A DNA stretch of 37,572 nt from a virus (Duplodnaviria; Heunggongvirae; Uroviricota; Caudoviricetes), in IMG/VR virus record IMGVR_UViG_3300028887_000087; one strand, written 5' to 3'. The notes beneath the pieces are model-generated. The model was not told where the DNA came from, ran no database searches, and saw only the letters and a program-made list of their open reading frames with translations. Of the stretch, positions 8,061 to 15,911 are shown piece after piece. Each line of letters begins with the position of its first letter. The stretch's first letter is position 1. The translations under genes and the position numbers were made by a program.

Positions 8061-10373
8061 ATGGCAGATTCTTACAGATTAAGTATATTTGACCAATCAG
8101 GACCTGATGATATTCCTGACTCAGCAAATGAAAAACTTGCAAATAAAGGTGTAAACGGCAATCATCAATTCCCAAACCCAAAAAGTGGATATGGTCAGAC
8201 ATCCTCAAAAGATGACGGTTCCTCAACTATTGGCTTGAACAGCAACACAGGTGCAAAACCTGCAGGTGCTTATGGCGGTGAGGGCAATCTTGTTGTAAAC
8301 AACAGTGACATCTTTACTGAAAGAAATGCCGGCGGCTATAAAGGTGATAATATTGATAACGAAATCAATATCACAGGACCTGAAGGTGACCCATACGGAA
8401 AAATTGTAAATGTTATTGCTGACGGTTTTGAGACAGGAATGTTCTCTGAAGATGTAAGTAATTACGGTAAAGTTGGTAATGTAAAACAGAATGCATCTGA
8501 TGGCGCGGCTCAATTCTTATACGGAGTTTTGAAAGGTGTTGTTGAAGACTTAAGCGCTAATCGTAATAACAGTTCTTCAGGTGGTGGCAACGGAAACGGT
8601 AATGACGGCGATAGCAATTCTTACGCTGAAAATACAAAAGGCGCAGTCACAGGCGGTTCTTCTGATGGCACATTCGGTACAGGAATTGGTATCAATATGC
8701 CACTCCCAATATTAAACCCAAACCCACTTGACCCAAGCAACCCAACGCCTGTAATGGAAACACCTGTAAGTGAATTGAACAATCCTTCTCCTACAGATTA
8801 TTCAAGTACTAACGATGTGTTCACAACATCAATTTCAGATACAGTTGACTATGGTGTTGACCCAGTTATAGATACAAAGTTTGGCAATCAGCCTATGACT
8901 GAAATGGAAGTCTTAACATATCCTGACGCAATGTCAAATATGTATGATGTTTATTTTAGAATTAGAGATGACGATACACACGACTCAAGATTACTTGGCA
9001 AAGGACAGGCTTTCATTAAAGCTTTATTCTCATCAACATTGTTGTCTGCTCGTATAAGTTCAATTGACATTCCAGCTTTTCAAAGAAAGTCGGGTACAAT
9101 CAATTATGCAAGTGGTGTTGTTGAAAGACCTCTTGATAGTATTGACACTCCCGGCCGTTCTTCATTCTCAATAAGAGGCGATACAAAACTTGCATACATT
9201 TCAGCATTCAATGAACTTGCAGGCACTGGTATGTCAAACTTGTTTGGTAAGGGTTCAGCAATTACTAAAGGATTGGAGAACTCTGCAGCTGCAAAAATAC
9301 AAGATGACTTTGAAACAAGACTTGATGAGATTCTTAAAGAGTACAAAAAGATTGATGATGAATATCAAACAGAATGGAAAACTGCTCTTGAGCAAGATTG
9401 TCAATCAATCATAGAAGATTTCATTGACGGCAAAAAAGCAAAGTTCTCTGATGAAGATTCAGACAAATACGAAAAGTATGTTGAAGAACAAAAAGAAAAG
9501 TATTTGAAAGAGCATACTGACCTCAGCGGTTTCTATACACACTTAAGAAGTCAAATGCAATTTGATACTGAAAGATATATTGAAGATACAAAGAGCAAAA
9601 AGAATAAAGAGTCTTCAGGTAAAGAAAAAGCTGAAGGTTTCTTTGCAAACTTAAAAGAAAAGCGCGAACAACAGAAAAAGATTCAGAAAGAGATTGATGA
9701 ATATAAAGAGGACCTTGAAAAGCTTTATATTTATGACCATTGGAACAAGCGTAGAGAATGCGCTCAATATTATCTTACACAGTTGGAAGAACTTGACAAA
9801 GAAAAAGAAGAACTTGAAACAAAAAGAAAAAAGGACCTCAAGAACCTTCATTTTGATAAAGAAGGATTTAATTATATCACTGAAGCTTTAAGCAAAAACA
9901 TTTCAATCATATCAACACCTGCAAAGAAGGACGATTTGTTTAATGTTTTGAAAACAACAAAAAGACTTGATATAATTGTAAAAAGAACAACACCTTCTTT
10001 TAAGTTTAGAACAAAGCTTACTGATAAAATTGATGAACGCTTTATTTTCGAAGATGTAAAGATACTTGGTACTTCAGACTCAATCAAATTTGAAAGAGAG
10101 AATGCAGGCCCTGTTGATTTTACTTATGACTTTATTTACAAAAGATTTTATAAACTTGATACCTATGATGAAGCAGGTACTTGGGTGACATCACAAATGT
10201 CAATGTTTATTGATGCCGCAATTGATTATGCTTTAGGAAAACAAACAACAATGAAGAGAGCAGAGAAGTGGGCAAAAGATAGACATCAAGCTTATATAAG
10301 TAGCGTTAATCAAGCGGGTACAGATGTAAGCAACGCTTGGAATGATATGACAAAATCTTTCTCAGGTTTATAA
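8061..10373 (+). CDS. Tail-tube-domain protein (baseplate-tube junction/initiator-like) with G/N-rich N-terminus and K/E coiled-coil insert
   Basis: SNMYDVYFR...ARISSIDIPAFQRKS...SSFSIRGD and FIFEDVKILG...FTYDF parallel the motifs of the adjacent tube protein. Confidence 0.55.
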   Translation: MADSYRLSIFDQSGPDDIPDSANEKLANKGVNGNHQFPNPKSGYGQTSSKDDGSSTIGLNSNTGAKPAGAYGGEGNLVVNNSDIFTERNAGGYKGDNIDNEINITGPEGDPYGKIVNVIADGFETGMFSEDVSNYGKVGNVKQNASDGAAQFLYGVLKGVVEDLSANRNNSSSGGGNGNGNDGDSNSYAENTKGAVTGGSSDGTFGTGIGINMPLPILNPNPLDPSNPTPVMETPVSELNNPSPTDYSSTNDVFTTSISDTVDYGVDPVIDTKFGNQPMTEMEVLTYPDAMSNMYDVYFRIRDDDTHDSRLLGKGQAFIKALFSSTLLSARISSIDIPAFQRKSGTINYASGVVERPLDSIDTPGRSSFSIRGDTKLAYISAFNELAGTGMSNLFGKGSAITKGLENSAAAKIQDDFETRLDEILKEYKKIDDEYQTEWKTALEQDCQSIIEDFIDGKKAKFSDEDSDKYEKYVEEQKEKYLKEHTDLSGFYTHLRSQMQFDTERYIEDTKSKKNKESSGKEKAEGFFANLKEKREQQKKIQKEIDEYKEDLEKLYIYDHWNKRRECAQYYLTQLEELDKEKEELETKRKKDLKNLHFDKEGFNYITEALSKNISIISTPAKKDDLFNVLKTTKRLDIIVKRTTPSFKFRTKLTDKIDERFIFEDVKILGTSDSIKFERENAGPVDFTYDFIYKRFYKLDTYDEAGTWVTSQMSMFIDAAIDYALGKQTTMKRAEKWAKDRHQAYISSVNQAGTDVSNAWNDMTKSFSGL

Positions 10374-10760
10374 GTCGTCAGTATAAAGGTGAACGTCTTT
10401 TACATCCCAATCTTTTACAAGCTGCTCTGCAACAGTTGCAGAGCAAGGTATTTGCTGTAAGTTGTATAATACGCTTTTCTTTACGCCGTATTTTTGGAAC
10501 ATTTCAGTGACCCTAAGATAATCATCAATACGATACTTGTAAGAACGGAAAGATTCCCAAACTCGATAAAAGCCAAAGAAAGTCCAAGGAACAGCAATCA
10601 CCCACCATACGATATGAAGTGGAGTAAACAAATTACCCCACCAATGATGTGCGACAAGTATATCACAAATCAAAGAACCAAGAGTCCAACCGAGTTCGAT
10701 AAAAGAGTACTTGTTGAATTTAAACCACAACTTAATCTGCGTCTTCATTTGTGAATACAC
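10368..10760 (-). CDS. Hypothetical membrane protein (about two TM segments)
   Basis: Hydrophobic, Trp-rich stretches. Overlaps the end of the SMC-like gene, suggesting co-transcription. Confidence 0.55.
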   Translation of the reverse strand: MYSQMKTQIKLWFKFNKYSFIELGWTLGSLICDILVAHHWWGNLFTPLHIVWWVIAVPWTFFGFYRVWESFRSYKYRIDDYLRVTEMFQKYGVKKSVLYNLQQIPCSATVAEQLVKDWDVKDVHLYTDDL

Positions 10761-12825
10761 CTTTTTCTGTATGATAACAGATAACTGAATTACTCAAAGA
10801 CTTGATAATGTCACGAGTTGCCTCTTTATGAGTAATAAAAAATATCTGATTGAAAATGTTTGAACTTATCAAAGATTCCATTGTAAGAACTGAATTGCCT
10901 TCAGATGCAGCAGCGTCAATTTCATCAAGAGCAATAAACGAAAGGTTGTAAGCCTTACACAATGCAACTTTGAAAGCAAGCCCCAATACAGACTTTTCAT
11001 AACCTGAAGCCATCTTTGAATTGATAAGTTTCTTTATGTCAGTCATATCAACATTTGGGTCTGTTGTGTAGAAGAATTCAACACCTCTTCTTGATTGCAA
11101 CAATCTCAAACGGAAATTCGGGAAAACAATATTTACGAAGTTGTTCATTTCAGCTTCAAGCTTTGCACAAGTTTTTACTACAAGGTAATTAGGCAATTCT
11201 TTATCAAGAACTCTTAATACTTCATTGTAAGTTTGAACATTCAAATCAATATCTGAAATCAAGTTTCTGAAAACTTCAATGTTCTTTTCGTTTTCAAGTA
11301 TTTCATTTTTGATTGACATTCTCTGAAGCTCAACAACTTTGTTATGGTCTGCAATTTCATCAGAGCCTTTAATCTTTTCCTCAAGGTCAGCGATTTCAGT
11401 TTTCAACTTAGACCTCTCAAGTGTCTTTTTATCTCTTTCACTCAATTGGTCATCATAGTCGTGTATTAAATCATATAAAGGTTTTGCCTTATCATCAAGT
11501 TCTTTAAGCTTATCCTCAAACTCTTTAATCTTTTCTTCAGGAATAAGTTTTGCTTTTTCAGCAGCTTCTTGCTGTCCCAACATTTTTGCTTCAGTATCAA
11601 GTCTTGAAATGTTTGTCTCAATAGCAGATATTTCTTTACGCTGGGCTGCAACCTCATCTTTATATTTATTCATTTCAATAATAAGATTGTCTTTCTTTTC
11701 GATTTCACCACCAATCTTATCATCGTATTCTTCTTTTTCCTTGATAATCTTTTCATTATCAATATCATCAGTAGGCTTTCCACACTCAGGACAAATACCT
11801 TTCTTTGCTAATTCAAGTTTGTGGTCGCAATTCTTTTTTGCAGCATTAAGCTCACCTATCTGAACATTGATACTTGAGATTGAAGTTTCCAATTGGGCAA
11901 TTGTATTTTTCTTATCTTTGATAACATCTTCAGCAACAGCTTTATTCACTATAGCATTAGCGACTTCTCTTGATAAAGTAGCGACCTGCGATGGGTAGTC
12001 AGCTTTCTTTAATGCTTCATTAGCCTTCTTATTGTCAAGAAGTTTTTGTGAGATACTTGATTTCTGATTTTCAATTGTATCAATCATTCCTTGGATGTCT
12101 GTTTTCTTTTGCAAGATTTCAAATGTTTTATCCAAGTCGTTGCTCAACTTTTCAACCTGAGCTTTTTTGTCCTCAAGTTCATTTTTATAATTATCGTAAT
12201 CTTCTTTTGAGAAAGAAAAATCTTTTTCTTTCAAAGATTTCAATGTTGTGTCTTTTTGTTTATTTGCTTTCTCTAAGAAGTCAATCTTATCAATATCGAG
12301 TTCCTTGTTCTTTACAAACTCTTCAAGCTTTTCCTGAATTGGGCCAATCTCTTCAGTAAAGTCAAATTGGAAAAGTCGCTGCAACAAGTTCAATCGCATA
12401 ACAGGTGTCATTGTTGCAATGTCGTCCTGTCCTTGCATTTGCATAATGATGTCAGAATAGAAAGTAAAGTCGAGTTCTTTGATAAGCTCGGTTACTTCAG
12501 AATTGATATAGTGACGGTCTTTATACAACACATCTCTTTCAAGAGGTGTACCGCCTTTATGATTGAGGTTTACATCAAAGATAATTTGTTCATCGTTATA
12601 AATTAAATCAAGAATAATTTTTGCGTGGTCGTGTGGCTTTTGAATAAACTCTTTTACAGAGTCGGAGCGTTTTCTTTCGGAAAGACAAATTGCAATTGCT
12701 TCCATAACTGCCGATTTTCCCTGACCGTTATCACCTTCAATAATAATGCAGTTTGCATCAAAATTCAAATCGGCTTCAGTGATACACATAAAATGTTCAA
12801 GATGAAGAGACTTTAGTATTAACAT
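10732..12825 (-). CDS. SbcC/Rad50/T4 gp46-like recombination ATPase
   Basis: Walker A GDNGQGKS, Q-loop MQMQGQ, long coiled coil, zinc hook CPECG, signature ASGYE, Walker B IALDEID, H-loop ITHK. Confidence 0.92.
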   Translation of the reverse strand: MLILKSLHLEHFMCITEADLNFDANCIIIEGDNGQGKSAVMEAIAICLSERKRSDSVKEFIQKPHDHAKIILDLIYNDEQIIFDVNLNHKGGTPLERDVLYKDRHYINSEVTELIKELDFTFYSDIIMQMQGQDDIATMTPVMRLNLLQRLFQFDFTEEIGPIQEKLEEFVKNKELDIDKIDFLEKANKQKDTTLKSLKEKDFSFSKEDYDNYKNELEDKKAQVEKLSNDLDKTFEILQKKTDIQGMIDTIENQKSSISQKLLDNKKANEALKKADYPSQVATLSREVANAIVNKAVAEDVIKDKKNTIAQLETSISSINVQIGELNAAKKNCDHKLELAKKGICPECGKPTDDIDNEKIIKEKEEYDDKIGGEIEKKDNLIIEMNKYKDEVAAQRKEISAIETNISRLDTEAKMLGQQEAAEKAKLIPEEKIKEFEDKLKELDDKAKPLYDLIHDYDDQLSERDKKTLERSKLKTEIADLEEKIKGSDEIADHNKVVELQRMSIKNEILENEKNIEVFRNLISDIDLNVQTYNEVLRVLDKELPNYLVVKTCAKLEAEMNNFVNIVFPNFRLRLLQSRRGVEFFYTTDPNVDMTDIKKLINSKMASGYEKSVLGLAFKVALCKAYNLSFIALDEIDAAASEGNSVLTMESLISSNIFNQIFFITHKEATRDIIKSLSNSVICYHTEKGVFTNEDAD

Positions 12826-12834
12826 AAATAAATA

Positions 12835-13131
12835 TTAACGGACCTTGTAGTCAGATGTCTTTTGAAAATGAAGAATATAAAAATCTTCCCAGTCAGAATA
12901 CTTTTCGTCAAGATCGACATTTGCAACAAACGAATAAGAAGAAAGTTCAGTTACGATTTTAAGCTGTTTTTCTTCCCAGTTGATATTGTTGTCAGTTGAC
13001 CAATTTGAATAAGCTTCTTTGACAATTTTCTTAAATCCGTCATCTTCGTTATCGACAAAAGCTACAATAAATGCAGCGGCGTTTTCGACAGGAGTAAAGT
13101 TTACTCGTATCAACTTGGCTTTTCTACCCAT
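12835..13131 (-). CDS. Hypothetical protein
   Basis: 98-aa ORF with a GAGG RBS, upstream of and co-oriented with the gp46-like gene. Confidence 0.6.
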   Translation of the reverse strand: MGRKAKLIRVNFTPVENAAAFIVAFVDNEDDGFKKIVKEAYSNWSTDNNINWEEKQLKIVTELSSYSFVANVDLDEKYSDWEDFYILHFQKTSDYKVR

Positions 13132-13180
13132 AAATAACCTCTAAAAATATATTAACTTTAATAAAAATTTAGTGAAAAAT

Positions 13181-13218
13181 TAAACTTCCCAACAGACTTC
13201 TTTATATTATTATTGTAA
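13181..13218 (+). promoter_or_regulatory. Class I (early-type) promoter motif
   Basis: TAAACTT-N13-TTTATATTATTATTGTAA upstream of a small-gene cluster. Confidence 0.75.
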
Positions 13219-13239
13219 ACAGTTCAAAAGGAGGAACTT

Positions 13240-13608
13240 ATGGATATTAGAAAGGCTACAGCAGTTAAGAACATTGACGGAAAATATGCTCTTGCTATAT
13301 TTGAAACAGATTGGCAGGGATTGCCTCAGAATGAACCTTCAGTTCACTTCCTTATCAGAGTTGAACGCAAGAACGGAACACATTGGTGGCAGTGGACACC
13401 TGGGTGGTATGTTTCAACACTTCTTGAAAGTGAAACAAAATATACAAGTGACGAAAATGTCCCAGGCCTTTATATTGACTTCGGACAGGATTGGTTTATT
13501 CCTGCTGGTCCAATCAGCCTTGCAAAAGATTACTTCAAACAGTATCTCAAGGGTGACCGTGAATATGACCAGAAACTTGCTGACGAAATTGCAAAGGAGT
13601 CTTGGTAA
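13240..13608 (+). CDS. Hypothetical protein
   Basis: 122 aa, strong AAGGAGG RBS, first gene after the class I promoter. Confidence 0.7.
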   Translation: MDIRKATAVKNIDGKYALAIFETDWQGLPQNEPSVHFLIRVERKNGTHWWQWTPGWYVSTLLESETKYTSDENVPGLYIDFGQDWFIPAGPISLAKDYFKQYLKGDREYDQKLADEIAKESW

Positions 13609-13793
13609 TGACAAGAATACTTCTTAAATACAAAAATGGCCTAGGTGAAGGTATGCATACAGATGCACCTATGATTCCAGTGGACGGAAATCGTTGTGTT
13701 CCAAAAGAGTTTTGGAAAAAGTTAGGCATCAATGAAAGAGACATCGACCTTAGAGATGTTGAGAGTATTCAAGTTGTTGCTATAGGGGTATAG
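13608..13793 (+). CDS. Hypothetical protein
   Basis: Small ORF coupled to the previous stop (TAATG overlap at 13608). The ORF track starts it at 13602. Confidence 0.55.
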   Translation: MTRILLKYKNGLGEGMHTDAPMIPVDGNRCVPKEFWKKLGINERDIDLRDVESIQVVAIGV

Positions 13794-13798
13794 AAATA

Positions 13799-14062
13799 AT
13801 GTTCATAATTTATATTTTTGCAATTATCGGCGGAATTGCCATTGCAGATACTTTGATTAAAATGACAGCCCAGTTTGCTTTGCAAATGGAGCACGAAGGC
13901 GACAAAGTTCAGTATACAGTTTATGGCGAAGACGGAGAAACTCCGATTTGGCAGAGCAGAATTGTTGATGAGTTCACAGTTGAGGAAACTGTTGAGTTTA
14001 AGAAGTTTTGCAAAGAATGGGCAAAGTACTCAGGAGCAAAAGCTAAATGGGTAAGAATGTAA
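13799..14062 (+). CDS. Hypothetical protein with an N-terminal hydrophobic segment
   Basis: 87 aa. MFIIYIFAIIGGIAIA looks like a TM segment or signal anchor. Confidence 0.6.
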   Translation: MFIIYIFAIIGGIAIADTLIKMTAQFALQMEHEGDKVQYTVYGEDGETPIWQSRIVDEFTVEETVEFKKFCKEWAKYSGAKAKWVRM

Positions 14063-14074
14063 AGGAGGAATAAA

Positions 14075-14257
14075 ATGTTGAAAGGGATGTATGTTTTTAC
14101 TGAAGTTGAAAAAGCTGGACTTGAAGACCGCTATGGTATCGTATACGATGTTGAAAAGAAAGCTTATTACGGCTTAGCAGAAGATATGGACGAAGCAGCA
14201 AAAACTGAAGACTATATCCGCGAAGCAATCGAAAGAGGAGACGTTGAATATGTCTGA
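14075..14257 (+). CDS. Hypothetical protein
   Basis: 60 aa, AAGGAGG RBS. Confidence 0.65.
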   Translation: MLKGMYVFTEVEKAGLEDRYGIVYDVEKKAYYGLAEDMDEAAKTEDYIREAIERGDVEYV

Positions 14258-14438
14258 TGCAAACGTTGTTTACGAAATCATACTTGAACGATACGCAGGT
14301 GATGCTGCGTTCGTGAATGGTTCAATCAGTAAGGCAGCAGAATATGTTGCAAGCCGTCTTGGAACGATTGAAGATTCAAACGGTGATTACAGTATTGAAG
14401 ATATTTATACAGCAGTAAGGTGGATTAAGAATGCCTAA
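14250..14438 (+). CDS. Hypothetical protein
   Basis: About 62 aa, overlapping the neighbouring genes. GGAG RBS. The ORF track starts it at 14244. Confidence 0.55.
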   Translation: MSDANVVYEIILERYAGDAAFVNGSISKAAEYVASRLGTIEDSNGDYSIEDIYTAVRWIKNA

Positions 14439-14820
14439 GAAGAAAGCGACCGAAATGGAAAACGGCGAAATTATCAGAAAAGTGAACATCCTCGGCAGTG
14501 AATGGAAAATCATTTACCGCGACGAGGACCCTGCTTTTGAAGATGCAAAGGGATATGCAAATGGACCTGCTCGGGAAATTGTTATCGCAAATCCTAAAGT
14601 TGTTGCAATTGACAACCTCGCATTCTCTTTAAAAGATGAATACATTGATATGCGTCGTGTTGTTAGGCACGAAATTGTCCACGCTTTCTTAATGGAAAGT
14701 GGACTTGATGAAAGCTCTTTGCCTGCTGATGCTTGGGCAACAAACGAGGAAATGGTTGATTGGTTTGCTCGTCAGGGACCCAAGATTTGGAAAGCTTGGA
14801 AGGAAGTTGATGCAGATTAA
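14431..14820 (+). CDS. Putative zinc metallopeptidase-like protein (HExxH)
   Basis: VVRHEIVHAFLMESG...NEEMVDWFA: an HExxH motif plus downstream Glu, typical of small phage zincin-like proteins. Confidence 0.65.
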   Translation: MPKKKATEMENGEIIRKVNILGSEWKIIYRDEDPAFEDAKGYANGPAREIVIANPKVVAIDNLAFSLKDEYIDMRRVVRHEIVHAFLMESGLDESSLPADAWATNEEMVDWFARQGPKIWKAWKEVDAD

Positions 14821-15142
14821 GTATCGTGGTGAAGAATTGACTCCTGCCGAAAGACAGGAGATTGCTAACAATTTTCATATCTCAAAACACGCCGCAGAAC
14901 GTTTACGCGACCGCGGCAATGTTGACATCAAAGCGTTATTGAAAGACCCTTTGGTTGCGTATTTTAATACAGACGGTTCAATCAATGTTGCACAAGATGA
15001 ATGGAATTATCTTGTGTTTGTTTGGGATGATTACCATAAGAACTTCAATCTTATTACTTGGAAAGAAGAATCTTGGTACGGTAAATCAGTTTTTGACAAA
15101 CAGAAAATGGCACAGGCAGGTTATGGAAGAAATCAAAGTTAA
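14810..15142 (+). CDS. Hypothetical protein with an HAxERxxxR motif (DUF4258/RelE-like)
   Basis: Likely start MQIKYRG at 14810 with an AGGA RBS. Contains ISKHAAERLRDRG. Confidence 0.5.
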   Translation: MQIKYRGEELTPAERQEIANNFHISKHAAERLRDRGNVDIKALLKDPLVAYFNTDGSINVAQDEWNYLVFVWDDYHKNFNLITWKEESWYGKSVFDKQKMAQAGYGRNQS

Positions 15143-15371
15143 CACACCAGTTGATTGGCATAAAGGTAATGTTGTGACTCAAAAAGACCTTACTGATTTT
15201 GACCAGATTTATGTCATAAAAGCTTATCCTCAGAAAACTTTTGCAACTGTTGACTTTCTGGGCAATCTTCTTTACAAAAAAGATGAAAACGGAAATATCG
15301 TTTTAGAAGATTACATTAAAGGTTGGGCTCTTTTCGATGACAAAGAGTTCCCTAAAGAATTTTTAAACTAA
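15123..15371 (+). CDS. Hypothetical protein
   Basis: Likely start MEEIKV at 15123, in frame with the ORF-track call 14955..15371. Confidence 0.55.
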   Translation: MEEIKVNTPVDWHKGNVVTQKDLTDFDQIYVIKAYPQKTFATVDFLGNLLYKKDENGNIVLEDYIKGWALFDDKEFPKEFLN

Positions 15372-15388
15372 ATTATTGGAGGAATAAA

Positions 15389-15886
15389 GTGGGACCTATA
15401 ATTTACTTAACTGTTGGTATTTCAGGTTCAGGAAAATCAAAGTTTGCAAATTACTTCTTAAAAGGAGTACAGGCAACTGAAATCAATCTTGACAATATAA
15501 GAAAAGAACTTGGTAATGTTTCAGACCAGTCACAGAACGATAAAGTTTTCAAAATGGCTGACAACCGTATGATTGCTGAACTCGCAGGTGGCTTTAACGT
15601 TTTTCTTTCAAATACAAACTTGCGTTTAGGTTCAATCAAGGACCTTGCAAGACGCTTCCCTCACAACGACATTGTAGTTTTTGTTATGGAAGATGCTTTT
15701 GACAAACAGCTTTGTGCTGACCGTGTTGCTGACGACATCGCAAATGGTGTTGACCGCAGCAATGTTCCTTCTGAAGTAATTGATAGCCAGTTTGAAAAGT
15801 TTACAAACTTGATGAAGGAACTTGAAACATATAACAATCCAAAAGTAACACTTCGTTTCGTTTCAACAGATTTCAAAATCAAATAA
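15389..15886 (+). CDS. P-loop kinase, polynucleotide kinase-like (AAA_33; kinase domain of T4 PseT type)
   Basis: IIYLTVGISGSGKS, NLDNIRKEL, LSNTNL, DRSNVP. GTG start with a GGAGG RBS. Confidence 0.75.
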   Translation: MGPIIYLTVGISGSGKSKFANYFLKGVQATEINLDNIRKELGNVSDQSQNDKVFKMADNRMIAELAGGFNVFLSNTNLRLGSIKDLARRFPHNDIVVFVMEDAFDKQLCADRVADDIANGVDRSNVPSEVIDSQFEKFTNLMKELETYNNPKVTLRFVSTDFKIK

Positions 15887-15911
15887 ATACAAAGCAGGCG
15901 ACTAATTTTAT

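Noticed and set aside
10368-10760. Holin
   Set aside because: No endolysin nearby, and it is coupled to a recombination gene. TM segments alone are insufficient.
14699-14809. Long N-terminal versions of ORFs 14699..15142 and 14955..15371
   Set aside because: They overlap upstream genes extensively. Internal ATGs at 14810 and 15123 fit the operon packing.
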